Counted from the first letter of the stretch, positions 9,215-19,800 are shown. The stretch is 64,000 bases of DNA from Candidatus Latescibacterota bacterium (GCA_965205485.1 OZ242180.1:1536001-1600000), one strand, 5' to 3'. The notes: generated by a model not told the origin, from the sequence alone. A program made the numbers and translations.

Positions 9215-10647
9215 CTACGCAGAATAATCATCTTCTTTCGGATGCGCAGATCCAGCGCTTTATCCTGGATGGCTACATTACCGTACAAACGGATGCAATC
9301 CCAGAGACGCACGGGAGGATCTACGACGAGATCGAAACCGTTTTTGATAGCGAAGGTAACGTCGGCAACAATATTCTCCCGCGCGTGCCCAGGATTCAGC
9401 AGGTGTTCGATCAGCCCGTCGTGCGTGGCGCCCTGACGAGTCTTCTCGGCCCCGACTACATCATGAATCCGCATCGGCACTGCCATCTGAACCCACCGGG
9501 CAGCAGCGGACAGAGCTGGCACAAGGACTGTTATGTCTTCGACCACAATATCCGTCATCCGCGTTTTCAGTGGGTGCTGGCTTTCTATTATCCGCAGGAT
9601 ACCACAATAGACATGGGCCCGTCAGGGGTAATTCCGCGCCTGCAGAACTACAAGACCATTTCAGATCCCAATCCGGAAGAAACCCGGGAGCCGGGATATG
9701 CCATCTGCGGCGATGCCGGGATCGTGACCCTGATGCATTTCGACTCGTGGCACCGGGCGAACCCGAACGTGAGCGACAACAAGAGATATATGCTGAAGTT
9801 TCAGTTTACGCGATTGCGGGAACCGGAGGGACCCACGTGGAATCACCGGGATGATGTCTGGACGCTCCCTGAAGACGATGCCAATCCGGCTGTTTCAGCG
9901 GATGTCTGGAAGTGGATGCGTGGAGAGGCCGTCAACGGACGTTCGGAAGCGACCGGGGACGTGAAGGAAGAGGGTCTGTTCGACGAGGACGAGTGCGTGC
10001 GTATCAATACGGCGTATGCGCTGGCCAACGACAGAACGTCGATTCCGCTTCTCGTGGATGCGATGCGCAGGGAAACGCTGGCTGCCATCGAGGATACGAC
10101 CGCAAAGACGGCGGACAACGCGCACGGGACCAATCCAACGCCGGGAGCGGCCGCGCGCGCATTGTCAACCATGGGCGCGGCGGCCATCCACCCGCTGCTG
10201 GAGGCGTTGGAAGACGATCACTGGTGGGTTCGGGCCATGGCGGCGGACGTGCTCGCCCGGATGGGCCCGGCAGCGCGCGCCGCGGTGTTCATCCTTGTCG
10301 AGAAGGTTGGCGACGATCACTGGTGGGTACGCCGCAACGCGCTGGAAGCGTTGCGCTCGATCGGCGCGGTTTCCGGGGATGTGCTGCCTGCTGTTTTCGG
10401 GGCGGTAAAGGACCCCGACTACCGCGTTCGGCGGAATGCGGCGCTGGTGCTTTGCAACGTCGGCGAGGCAGGGGACCCGGCGGTGGATGACCTGATTGAC
10501 GTTCTCGGGGACGAAAATCGCTACAACAGGTTCTATGCGGGGCTGGCGCTCAGGCGCATTGGCACACGAAGGGCCCGGAAGGCGCTTATCGACGCGTTGT
10601 TTTCCGCGCGGTGGTGCGCGGTGACGACGGCCGCCGACTTGTATTGA
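9211..10647 (+). CDS. PhyH-family dioxygenase fused to C-terminal HEAT repeats
   Basis: QIQRFILDGY, WHKD...WHRA facial triad; repeated DDHWWVR / DPDYRVRRNAA HEAT-like units. Confidence 0.85.
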   Translation: MTTQNNHLLSDAQIQRFILDGYITVQTDAIPETHGRIYDEIETVFDSEGNVGNNILPRVPRIQQVFDQPVVRGALTSLLGPDYIMNPHRHCHLNPPGSSGQSWHKDCYVFDHNIRHPRFQWVLAFYYPQDTTIDMGPSGVIPRLQNYKTISDPNPEETREPGYAICGDAGIVTLMHFDSWHRANPNVSDNKRYMLKFQFTRLREPEGPTWNHRDDVWTLPEDDANPAVSADVWKWMRGEAVNGRSEATGDVKEEGLFDEDECVRINTAYALANDRTSIPLLVDAMRRETLAAIEDTTAKTADNAHGTNPTPGAAARALSTMGAAAIHPLLEALEDDHWWVRAMAADVLARMGPAARAAVFILVEKVGDDHWWVRRNALEALRSIGAVSGDVLPAVFGAVKDPDYRVRRNAALVLCNVGEAGDPAVDDLIDVLGDENRYNRFYAGLALRRIGTRRARKALIDALFSARWCAVTTAADLY

Positions 10648-10654
10648 ACGTTAT

Positions 10655-12484
10655 TCAGATAAACCCTTGCAGGGGGCCGTTGCGCTCTCCCAGACGATCG
10701 ACTTTCCGCGTAATTCGGGGGTCTTCAACCAATGGCGGCGCGTGGTGGGGCTTCAGCCGGGCGTCAATGATCAAAGGCCCGTGACAGCCCCAGTGTTTGT
10801 TTTCGATGAAACTATCGACACCGTAAATATCGTGCGAGGGATTGGACCGGGTAAACGTAACCCACAGGAAATTGTTCAGCGTGCGCGTGGTGAAGTCAGC
10901 GTCGTCCACGAGCAGGATCAACGGAAAGCCCTGAACCTGCTCCACGGATTCCAGGGTGGCTGCGAGTTGCTCCGCCGTTTCTCCATCCGCGGGAGAGTTG
11001 AAGGGGGGCGCTTCGACCGCGAGGATGCCCGGAAGCGCAACCTTCGGATTCTTCAGATCGCCGGGCAGACTCAGACTGCCTGGAATTTCGACGGGCAGAT
11101 CCCGCTTTTTTTCGCCGGCCGCGGCGATCACAACCTTGGAACCTTCATTCAGCCCGGTACCGGAATAGTCGAGGGTGTCGATGGTTGTGCGGGTCTGAAA
11201 GTGGAGGTCGCGGGTCCAGTCCACCCGTTCGAGAAGATGGCGGAGAAATTCGGCAATGTCGTGAATTTCCAGTTCCGGATTGTCTTCGCCCGCGACGATC
11301 AATAAATACTTGGCAAGCGAGCACGCGCCGAATCCCAGCAGCGCGTTGGCGATGGTGAGGATCTCCTGGGGTTGCCGTTCTCGATAGGGCACGTAGCGCT
11401 CGCTCCCGACGGCCAGGAGCAGGGGGTGAACGCCGGCGGCGTCGACGGCGTTGATGGCCTTCAGGCCGGGAAGCTCGACAGGGACCATGGGACCTGTCAA
11501 TTCGTGAATGAGTTCTCCGAAGGCAGTGTCTTCCTGGGGAGGCCGGCCGACGACGGTGAAGGGCCAGACGGCGTCCTTGCGGTGATAGACGGTTTCCACG
11601 CGCAGCACGGGAAACTCGTGCGCCAGGCTGTAATATCCCAGGTGATCGCCGAATGGGCCTTCCGGCAGGGTTTCGCCCGGGACAACTTCCCCCGTGATAC
11701 AGAAATCGGCTTCGGCGGATATCGTGAAGCCGTTTTTTAGTGTATAACGGAAGCGGCGCCCGGCCAACCCGCCCGCGAAAGCGACTTCGGGCAGGCCTTC
11801 GGGAAGGGGCATGACTGCGGCGAACGTGTGCGCGGGCGGCCCGCCCACGAAAACGCTCACCCGTAGCGGCTCGCCGCTTTCGATGGCGTTTGTATGGTGG
11901 ATGCCGATGTCCCGCCGGATCTGGTAATGCAGCCCGATCTCCCGGTCGGGTTCGTATCGGTTGCCCGACATTTGAATGCGGTACATCCCGAGGTTGGAAC
12001 TGAGGATACCGGGATTCAATGGATCTTCGGTGTAGACCTGCGGGAGCAGGATGAACGCACCGCCGTCGTCCGGCCAGCACTTTATCTGCGGGAGACCGGC
12101 GATCGTGGTCGTATGTTTGAGGACGGGCCCGGACGGGACCCTTCGCGGCGGGATGTTCAGCGCGATGCTTGCGATGCCCGCGGCTTTCCAGGGCGCTTTC
12201 AGATAAGCCGGCGGGTCGGCTTTGATTTCAATCAGACGCCTGACCCACTTCAGCGTGGAGCGGAAGATGAAGCGGGACCGTTCCAGGGTACCGAACAGGT
12301 TCGACACGGCCGGAAAAGTGCTTCCCCTGACGTTCTCGTAAAAGATCGCCGGCCCGCGGGCCTGGTAGACGCGGCGGTGGATTTCGGCCATTTCAAGGTC
12401 CGGATCGACTTCTTCACTGATACGGACGAGGTGGCCGGTTTTCTCCAGGTCGCGTACGCAGTGTAGCATGCTCCTGTAACGCAT
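10655..12484 (-). CDS. UbiD-family (prFMN-dependent) decarboxylase
   Basis: NLGMYRIQ, EGPFGDHLGYYS, TVVGRPPQED, DTLDYSG. Confidence 0.9.
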   Translation of the reverse strand: MRYRSMLHCVRDLEKTGHLVRISEEVDPDLEMAEIHRRVYQARGPAIFYENVRGSTFPAVSNLFGTLERSRFIFRSTLKWVRRLIEIKADPPAYLKAPWKAAGIASIALNIPPRRVPSGPVLKHTTTIAGLPQIKCWPDDGGAFILLPQVYTEDPLNPGILSSNLGMYRIQMSGNRYEPDREIGLHYQIRRDIGIHHTNAIESGEPLRVSVFVGGPPAHTFAAVMPLPEGLPEVAFAGGLAGRRFRYTLKNGFTISAEADFCITGEVVPGETLPEGPFGDHLGYYSLAHEFPVLRVETVYHRKDAVWPFTVVGRPPQEDTAFGELIHELTGPMVPVELPGLKAINAVDAAGVHPLLLAVGSERYVPYRERQPQEILTIANALLGFGACSLAKYLLIVAGEDNPELEIHDIAEFLRHLLERVDWTRDLHFQTRTTIDTLDYSGTGLNEGSKVVIAAAGEKKRDLPVEIPGSLSLPGDLKNPKVALPGILAVEAPPFNSPADGETAEQLAATLESVEQVQGFPLILLVDDADFTTRTLNNFLWVTFTRSNPSHDIYGVDSFIENKHWGCHGPLIIDARLKPHHAPPLVEDPRITRKVDRLGERNGPLQGFI

Positions 12485-12585
12485 CTCTTCCCCGAATGAA
12501 TACTTTTGCAGTTGAAGGCATGTTAGCGTTGTTTTTAGGTAAACAATCCGGAAGACACTGTCAACACAAAGGTGAGGGATTACCG

Positions 12586-14544
12586 GTGGACATCTCGAAG
12601 AGGAATGTCTGTTCGGCGGCTGAGTACGGATTTGAAACGAGCAATCGATATCGCATCCCTGCGCGTGACGGAATCACCCTGGGCGCGACGATAACCCGAC
12701 CGTTGGCCGAAGGCGCTTTTCCGGCACTGGTGTGGTACGACCCGTACCGGGGGGGATCGGATGGAACCACATCGCCCATGGCACGGTATTTCGCCGAGCG
12801 GGGATATGCATTTGTCTACTTGAACGCACGCGGGACGGGAAACTCGGAAGGCGTGAGCAAAGACGAATATATGGTGGAGGAAACCCGGGACGGATACGAC
12901 GCAATCGCATGGCTGGCGGGCCAGCCGTGGTGCAATGGCCGCGTGGGGATGCTGGGTACGTCCTACAGCGGTTTTACGACCCTGCAGGTTGCGGCCACGG
13001 CGCCGCCTGCGCTGAAAGCGATCGCGCCAGCCTATTTTACGGACCGAAGGTATACGGATGACTGTCACTACAAGGGAGGATGCCTTCGCGGCTTCTACGA
13101 TATGTTGACCTACGGCCTGAATATGGTAGCCCGCAACGGGCTGCCCCCGTTCCGGGAAGCCGTGGGCGAACGATGGAGCGAACTCTGGCAGCAGCGGCTT
13201 GAGGAGAACGAGCCATATCTGCTGAAGTGGATTTCCCATCAGGTGGAGGATGATTATTGGGCGGTGGGATCGATTTCCGGGCATTACGATCGAATTTCCG
13301 CGGCGGCCCTGTTGATTGGCGGCTGGCACGACGGGTACCCCACGCCGCCGTTGCGCGTATACCGGGAGCTTCGGTCGCCCAGGCGCTTGCTCATGGGTCC
13401 ATGGTCGCATTCGTACGGGGATCAGTCGCACTGCGGACCCCGAATCGACGTCTTCTACGAGTTGCTGCGATGGTGGGATCGCTGGCTTAAGGAGATGGAT
13501 AACGGCGTTACGGAAGAACCTCCGGTGCAGATATACCGGCGGGAATATGAAGAACCGGTGACGGATCGCACCATGATAGCCGGCGGATGGCGAATGGCGG
13601 AAGACCTTCCGCGGCAGGCGCCGGAGACGTTCTACCTTCACGGCGAAAGCCTGACAGACGGCCCGGCGGCGGAAGTGGGAAAGATGTCAGTAGCATATCT
13701 CCCGGCCGCCTGCCGGCACGGCGGGTTGTGGGACGGCGGGACGCCTTTCACGCTGCCGGGAGACCAGCGGGAGGATTCGGCGCGGGCGATCAATTTTGTT
13801 TCACCGGCCCTTGCGGAGCCGATTTCGATCCTTGGAACGCCAACGTTCAGCCTGTACGTCGGTTCCGACGTCGAGGTGATACCCGTAGCCGTACGGCTGT
13901 TGGAGATTGCGCCGGATGGGACGAGCGTGCTCGTGACCAAGGGTATATTGAATGCGACCCGGCGTGAGGGAATGGACCGGGCTGTCCCCATGGTTCCGGG
14001 CGAGGTCTCTCTGGCCGCGTTTCATATGGAAGCAACTGCGTGGCGATTCCGGAAGGGTCACCGGATCGGGATCAGCGTCAACGGATCGGATTTCCCGAAT
14101 GTATGGCCCACGCCTCGATCGGGCCGGATCACGGTTCACTGGGGACCGGAATGCCCGTCGACAATCGGATTGCCGGTGTGGAATGGGGGCGCAGATCCTG
14201 AGTTCGCCTATTCGCCTTCTCCGCATTCCGCAAGGCCGACCGGGTCCGGCGACGCGCCATGGCAGGTGGCGCACGACGTGCTGGAAGACCGGTACCGCCT
14301 GGTTCTGTTTGGCGGAGAAGGCGAGATGGGCGTGTCGAACCGAACGCCGGCGGAGGCCTGGACCCGTTCGAAAAAGCTGGCAACGGTCGCGTGGCCGGGG
14401 TGCGAGGTGCGTTCCGAAGCGACCGGATCGCTGACCAGCAACGCGGATTGTTTTGTGATGAACCTGGGACTGAACGTATATTTGAACGGAGACCTGTACT
14501 TCCAGAAGCAGTGGAGCCGGACTGTCAGGAGACTGTTGTTGTAG
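12586..14544 (+). CDS. CocE/NonD family hydrolase
   Basis: RDGITL, YDPY, RGTGNSEG, WCNGRVGMLGTSYSG, GGWHD, MGPWSH; GTG start estimated. Confidence 0.9.
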   Translation: MDISKRNVCSAAEYGFETSNRYRIPARDGITLGATITRPLAEGAFPALVWYDPYRGGSDGTTSPMARYFAERGYAFVYLNARGTGNSEGVSKDEYMVEETRDGYDAIAWLAGQPWCNGRVGMLGTSYSGFTTLQVAATAPPALKAIAPAYFTDRRYTDDCHYKGGCLRGFYDMLTYGLNMVARNGLPPFREAVGERWSELWQQRLEENEPYLLKWISHQVEDDYWAVGSISGHYDRISAAALLIGGWHDGYPTPPLRVYRELRSPRRLLMGPWSHSYGDQSHCGPRIDVFYELLRWWDRWLKEMDNGVTEEPPVQIYRREYEEPVTDRTMIAGGWRMAEDLPRQAPETFYLHGESLTDGPAAEVGKMSVAYLPAACRHGGLWDGGTPFTLPGDQREDSARAINFVSPALAEPISILGTPTFSLYVGSDVEVIPVAVRLLEIAPDGTSVLVTKGILNATRREGMDRAVPMVPGEVSLAAFHMEATAWRFRKGHRIGISVNGSDFPNVWPTPRSGRITVHWGPECPSTIGLPVWNGGADPEFAYSPSPHSARPTGSGDAPWQVAHDVLEDRYRLVLFGGEGEMGVSNRTPAEAWTRSKKLATVAWPGCEVRSEATGSLTSNADCFVMNLGLNVYLNGDLYFQKQWSRTVRRLLL

Positions 14545-14607
14545 TGAGTTAAAGCTGGAATCCCGGAGTGGCTGGCGGCAACGAAATCGGCTCAAACGGA
14601 GACACGT

Positions 14608-15696
14608 ATGCGGTCGGTATTCTACTGGGGCAAGGCCGGGCTCGGATTCGAAAAAAACAATCCCTACGGCCCCTTGCTCGCCCGGGCGATGGCCGGGGTA
14701 GGGGTGGAGCTGGAAGCCGGGTACGATGAGGATCTGAGCGAATCGTGGTTGATGGAAAACCGGGGCCGGGTGGACATTTTGCACCTGAACTGGCCCTCTT
14801 ATATGTATAACGCGGACGATGCCGGTGAGAGCGTCAGAAAGTGCGCAGCGCTTATCGGCCATCTGGCCCGCGCGCGGTCCCTTGGATACCGGGTTGTATG
14901 GACCGTCCACAACCTATATCCTCACGAACGGCCGCATCCGGGCCTGGACCGCCTTGCGCGCCTCGCGATCACGCAGCTTGCGACAGCCCTGATCGTGCAT
15001 TGCGAGTACGGACGCGCGCAAGTGTTGGATCACTTTCACCGGACACGCGGCATCTTTACGATTCCCCACGGTCATTTCATAGACGCGTACGAAAACAGGG
15101 TCTCGCGCGTCGAGGCCAGGAAAGCGTTGGGGATCGCCCCCGGCGGGTTCGTGTATCTGTTTTTCGGAAACGTGAAACGCTATAAGGGCGTCGAGCACCT
15201 GCTCGAGGCGTTCTCCCGTCTGTCGGGCGAACATCTGAGATTGCTCCTCGCCGCCAAGGTGAACAGCGAATACAGCGCGGACGTGGTCGCCCGGGCGCGC
15301 GCCGGCGACCGGAGAATTCTTATGCAAACGGCCGAGTTTTTCCCTGACGAGGAGCTCCAGCTCTTCTTCAACGCGGCAGACGTGATGGTGCTTCCCTTCG
15401 TGGACATGCTGACTTCCGGATCGGCGATCACGGCGATGTCTTTCGCGCGGCCGGTCATCGCGCCCGGAATCGGCTGTCTCCCGGAGCTGTTGGACGAAAG
15501 CTCCGGAATCATATACGATGCAAAAGACAGGAATGGGCTGGAGCGGGCCATGGCGGAATTCCAGCAGCGTGACATGCCGGCCTGCTCGGAAAGCGCGTTT
15601 CAGCGAGCGAAGGCGTTGTCCTGGGGGCCGATTGCGGAAAAGACGCTCGAGGCGTATCAATATGGGCCCCAAACGCAAGATCAAGGCACCTTGTAG
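14608..15696 (+). CDS. GT4-family glycosyltransferase
   Basis: NPY, ILHLNW, WTVHNLYPH, FFGNVKRYKG, ADVMVLPF..TSGS. Confidence 0.88.
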   Translation: MRSVFYWGKAGLGFEKNNPYGPLLARAMAGVGVELEAGYDEDLSESWLMENRGRVDILHLNWPSYMYNADDAGESVRKCAALIGHLARARSLGYRVVWTVHNLYPHERPHPGLDRLARLAITQLATALIVHCEYGRAQVLDHFHRTRGIFTIPHGHFIDAYENRVSRVEARKALGIAPGGFVYLFFGNVKRYKGVEHLLEAFSRLSGEHLRLLLAAKVNSEYSADVVARARAGDRRILMQTAEFFPDEELQLFFNAADVMVLPFVDMLTSGSAITAMSFARPVIAPGIGCLPELLDESSGIIYDAKDRNGLERAMAEFQQRDMPACSESAFQRAKALSWGPIAEKTLEAYQYGPQTQDQGTL

Positions 15697-15753
15697 GGTT
15701 ATTACGCGGAGCACCTGATAGATTGCCTTTTTTCCACAACATTGACCGGCCAA

Positions 15754-15881
15754 CCTGAGCCGCTCCCTGAGCCGCTGTTCTGAGCTTGCCGAAGGGTTGT
15801 CGAAGGGTCGGCGAAGGAAGAGGGGTGCCGATACGCGGGCGCTTCGACATTTCGACAAGCTCAATGCAGGCATGCTCAGCG
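15754..15881. repeat. CTGAGC..CGAAGG / TTCGAC..GCTCA palindromic repeat, nested (copy 1)
   Basis: Three CTGAGC and three CGAAGG, then TTCGACA-TTTCGACAAGCTCAATGCAGGCA-TGCTCAG; related copy at 60971-61045. Confidence 0.75.
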
Positions 15882-16052
15882 TCCGTGTTTGGGCAAGTTC
15901 CTCTCCGCCATAGCAGGCACAATATTTGTCGACTATTTATTGCTCCCGGTAATTGCTGTAGTATTGGGTTAACATCGTATCAAGAACCTTTGGCTTGGGT
16001 TTTTCATCGCCGTTACCCGCATTAGCGAGCATTCTTTCAGCACTTTCGCACT

Positions 16053-16078
16053 AATCCTGTCGATCCTGTCCATCCATG
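16053..16078. repeat. ATCCTG 9-bp-period element (short copy)
   Basis: AATCCTGTCGATCCTGTCCATCCATG, nearly identical to 35070-35095. Confidence 0.7.
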
Positions 16079-16120
16079 CTCCGGTTTTCGAACTAAAGAG
16101 GTTTGGCGAAAGCAATAATC

Positions 16121-16942
16121 ATGTCGGGAATGACATTCGTGATGCTGGGCAGTGGCGCCGTCCGGGACAACCCGGTTCGCGGCGGCCCGGCCCAGATGCT
16201 CCGGATCGGAGACAAGGTGTTGATGTTCGACTGCGGGCGCAGCGCCGGCACGAACCTGGCGCGCGCGGGTGTGGGGTGCGAGGAAGTGGACCGGCTGTTT
16301 CTTACGCATCTGCACTTCGATCATATTGTGGATGTGCCCTATCTGGTTTTCGCGGGATGGGTAAAGGTGCGAAATCGTCGACTGAAAATTTACGGGCCCA
16401 CGGGCACACGGGATTTCGTGGAGAGAATTATCAGGCCGCCCTTTGAACAGGACATCAGCAGCCGGCTGAGTCACGGAAAGGACATCCATCCGCTCGATCC
16501 CGAGGTGATCGAAGTGGACGGAAGTCGCTGTTTTCTGGATCGGGAGGACTACCGGATATCCGCCGTGTTTACCGACCACGGGAATATTCCGACCCTGGCC
16601 TACCGAGTGGACGCGGACGACCGTCGCGTCATCATCACGGGAGACGGCACCCCCGATGAAGACTTTCCGGCGTTTTGTAAAGGCGCGGACCTCCTCGCCA
16701 TCGAGTGTTCCGGAACGCCGGAATTCCTGGAGACGCAGCCGTGGGGCGCATGGCATATTACGCCAGCGGACATTGCGGATATCGCGCGGAAAGCGGAAGT
16801 GAAACGCGTTATGATTAAACACCTGGTGATTGAAGACATTACGGGAGACCGGTCCTCTCCCTATCAGATGGCGGAACAGATCAGGGGCGGATACGACGGC
16901 GAGGTGCTCGTGGCCGAAGACGGGCTGGTTGTAGTGATCTGA
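16121..16942 (+). CDS. MBL-fold metallohydrolase (RNase Z/arylsulfatase-like)
   Basis: LGSG, FDCG, THLHFDH, IYGPTGT, ITGD, DLLAIEC. Confidence 0.85.
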   Translation: MSGMTFVMLGSGAVRDNPVRGGPAQMLRIGDKVLMFDCGRSAGTNLARAGVGCEEVDRLFLTHLHFDHIVDVPYLVFAGWVKVRNRRLKIYGPTGTRDFVERIIRPPFEQDISSRLSHGKDIHPLDPEVIEVDGSRCFLDREDYRISAVFTDHGNIPTLAYRVDADDRRVIITGDGTPDEDFPAFCKGADLLAIECSGTPEFLETQPWGAWHITPADIADIARKAEVKRVMIKHLVIEDITGDRSSPYQMAEQIRGGYDGEVLVAEDGLVVVI

Positions 16943-17008
16943 TTGACGCCAGTTGGCAAATGAGAACGGCCGATACAGGATATCCCATACGATCCCTGGA
17001 GGGAAGGA

Positions 17009-17758
17009 ATGACCATTGTCGACGGCCACGTCCACGTGGGTCTGACCAAGTACGTCGCTGTTGAAGTGCTTCTGGCGCAGATGGAATCGGCCGGAATCGA
17101 CCGGGCGTTGCTCGTGCAGTACGGCGGATGTCACGATAACGCCTATTTGAAAGACTGTATGGACCGCTATCCGGGCCGGTTCGCGTCTCTGGGCGCGGTG
17201 GACTACGACGCCGCAGACGCGGGCGACCGGATCCGGCGCGAAGTGGCCGAGTTCAGTCTGGCGGGACTGCGGATACCGGCCTCTATTGATAACGAGGCGG
17301 TCTGGGACACCGTCGGCGAACTGGGTATCATGGCGAGTCTGAGCGGAGGCATGGCAGGCATGCTTCGCCCCATTATGGAAGAACGTATCCGGCGGCATCC
17401 GCACGCGATGTTTCGCATCGAACATATGGGTTGGTTCCCCGACGTGGAGAAGACCCCGGATGAGCCGGACTATGAGCGCCTTATGGGATACGCGAAGTAC
17501 GAAAACACCGTCTTCATGCTGTCCGGATTCTACGGATTCGGGAAGGGATTTCCCTATGACGAGGCGACGCCCTTCATCGAACGGGCGCTGGAGCGGTTCG
17601 GCGCCGAGCGGATGATGTGGGGGAGCGATTTCCCGCCCGTGAGTCTTCATGAAACGTGCGAGATGGCGGTAGACATGCCCCGCCGCTGGACGTTCCTTTC
17701 CGATAGCGAACTTGAATGGATCATGGGCCGGACCGCGATGAGGCTTTTCAGTTTCTGA
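17009..17758 (+). CDS. Amidohydrolase_2 family protein
   Basis: IVDGHVHV, IEHMG, FGAERMMWGSDFP. Confidence 0.87.
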   Translation: MTIVDGHVHVGLTKYVAVEVLLAQMESAGIDRALLVQYGGCHDNAYLKDCMDRYPGRFASLGAVDYDAADAGDRIRREVAEFSLAGLRIPASIDNEAVWDTVGELGIMASLSGGMAGMLRPIMEERIRRHPHAMFRIEHMGWFPDVEKTPDEPDYERLMGYAKYENTVFMLSGFYGFGKGFPYDEATPFIERALERFGAERMMWGSDFPPVSLHETCEMAVDMPRRWTFLSDSELEWIMGRTAMRLFSF

Positions 17759-17796
17759 ACGCCGCGACGCTGTAGCGGAGATCGAAAGGAGAACGG

Positions 17797-19527
17797 ATGC
17801 GGTATAGCAGCCTCTTTACGCAGACGCTTCGTGAGGCCCCGGCCGACGCGGAGCTGGTCAGCCATCAACTTGCGCTTCGGGCGGGGCTGATCCGTCCGCT
17901 GGCCGCGGGCATCTTCAGCGCGCTGCCGCTGGGCCTCCGGGTCGCCCGGAAGATCGAGGCGATCTTCCGGGAGGAGATGGCGGCAATTGACTGCGTGGAA
18001 CTGCTGATGCCCATCGTGCAGCCGGCTGAGCTCTGGCAGGAAAGTGGGAGGTGGAGCGAGGTGGGTCCTGAAATGCTCCGGATGCAGGATCGATCCGAGC
18101 GGAACATGTGCCTTGCAATGACCCACGAAGAGGCGGTCACGGATCTGGCGAGGCATCTGATCAGGAGCTATCGCCAGGTGCCTATGAGCGTGTTTCAGAT
18201 TCAGACGAAATTCCGCGACGAGCCCCGGAGCCGGGGCGGACTGATACGCGTGCGGGAATTTACGATGAAAGACGCGTACAGCTTCGACCTGGATGAAGCC
18301 GGCCTGGAATCGGTCTATCAGGATATGTACCGCGCCTATGAGAATATCTTCCGTCGCGCCGGCCTGGCGGATCAGGTGGTTTCGGTGGAGAGCGACACCG
18401 GCATGATGGGCGGGACCGGGGCGCACGAATTCATGTACCTGAATCCCGTGGGTGAGGATACCTTGTTAATCTGCGACGGATGCGGGTACCGTGCGAACCG
18501 GCAGATCGCCGTGTATAAAAGGGAGGAGGCCGTCGCGGAGGCGCCGGAGCCGCTCCGGGAAGTGGCGACGCCGGGATGCACGACCATCGAGGATCTGGCG
18601 CGATTCCTGAATATTCCCGCGAGCCGAACGGCCAAGGCGGTGTTTATGACAGGTTCCGTGCAGGGTGAAGAGCGGTTTATCTTCGCGCTGGTACGGGGAG
18701 ACCACGAGCTCAGCGAAACGAAGTTGGCCAACGCGGTCGGGGCCGTCGATATGCGGCCGGCGACAGAGGATGAAATCCGTGCGATCGGGGCCGAGCCCGG
18801 ATACGGGTCCCCCATCGGCATCGCCGGGGATGCTGTGATTGTCGTGGACGACCTGGTGGCGGCATCCGGCAATCTCGTGTCAGGGGCGAACCGGGTGGAC
18901 CATCACTGCCTGAACGTGAACGTGGGCAGGGACTTCGAAGCGGACGTGGTCGCCGATCTGGTGGCGGTGGAGGCGGGGATGCCATGTGCTTTATGCTGCG
19001 CCCCGCTGCGGTCGGCGCGCGGGGTGGAGGTGGGGAATATCTTCAAGCTGGGCACGAGATACAGCGAGAAACTGGGGGCGAACTTCCTGGATGAAAACGG
19101 TAAGGCCCGGCCGTTGGTGATGGGTTCCTACGGGATCGGCGTCGGACGCCTGCTGGCCTGCGTGATCGAGGAACACCACGACGATCAGGGCATCGTCTGG
19201 CCGATTTCGGTTGCGCCGTTCCACGTGCATATCGTGGTGCTTTCGGGAAATCGGCCGCGGGGAGAACTGGAGGCGGCGGAGCGGATCTGCCAGGATCTGG
19301 AAGCCGAGGGGATCGAAGTGCTGCTGGATGACCGCGACGAGCGGGCTGGCGTCAAGTTCAACGATGCGGACCTGATTGGCATCCCCGTCCGGATTACCGT
19401 GGGTTCCAGGGGGCTGGCGAAGGGGGAGGTGGAAGTGAAAATGAGAAACGAGCGAGAAAGAAAAGACGTCGCGATCGACGCGCTGGTGGGGTTCGTGAAA
19501 GAAATCGTCCAAAGAGCGCAGACATGA
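17797..19527 (+). CDS. proS: Proline-tRNA ligase (bacterial type with editing domain)
   Basis: THEE, FRDEPRSRGGLIRVREFTMKDAYSF, GNIFKLGTRYS, MGSYGIG, DADLIGIP. Confidence 0.97.
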   Translation: MRYSSLFTQTLREAPADAELVSHQLALRAGLIRPLAAGIFSALPLGLRVARKIEAIFREEMAAIDCVELLMPIVQPAELWQESGRWSEVGPEMLRMQDRSERNMCLAMTHEEAVTDLARHLIRSYRQVPMSVFQIQTKFRDEPRSRGGLIRVREFTMKDAYSFDLDEAGLESVYQDMYRAYENIFRRAGLADQVVSVESDTGMMGGTGAHEFMYLNPVGEDTLLICDGCGYRANRQIAVYKREEAVAEAPEPLREVATPGCTTIEDLARFLNIPASRTAKAVFMTGSVQGEERFIFALVRGDHELSETKLANAVGAVDMRPATEDEIRAIGAEPGYGSPIGIAGDAVIVVDDLVAASGNLVSGANRVDHHCLNVNVGRDFEADVVADLVAVEAGMPCALCCAPLRSARGVEVGNIFKLGTRYSEKLGANFLDENGKARPLVMGSYGIGVGRLLACVIEEHHDDQGIVWPISVAPFHVHIVVLSGNRPRGELEAAERICQDLEAEGIEVLLDDRDERAGVKFNDADLIGIPVRITVGSRGLAKGEVEVKMRNERERKDVAIDALVGFVKEIVQRAQT

Positions 19528-19727
19528 ATACTGTTTATATCAAGTTCAACAGCCGCAAACATCAGGTTAAGGGATATTACGAATTGGCTACCCATGTCAC
19601 CATTGTGCCCGTTCAAGCCCTGTCAATTTTGGATGACCAGGATATTTCATATCGACAGGCCTCGGAAGACGAAGTAGAGAAATCTCATGAACAACCTATT
19701 CACTTTTGGGACAACAGTTCACAATAA
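19524..19727 (+). CDS. Small low-GC hypothetical protein (possibly a remnant)
   Basis: ATGA overlap with the proS stop; 67 aa; GC content drops abruptly here. Confidence 0.45.
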   Translation: MNTVYIKFNSRKHQVKGYYELATHVTIVPVQALSILDDQDISYRQASEDEVEKSHEQPIHFWDNSSQ

Positions 19728-19800
19728 CTTAGAACCGCCCGTTGGAGATCTGTGTGAGCGAAAATTGGTACCTGATCACATTGGAAATCGAACCTGACTA

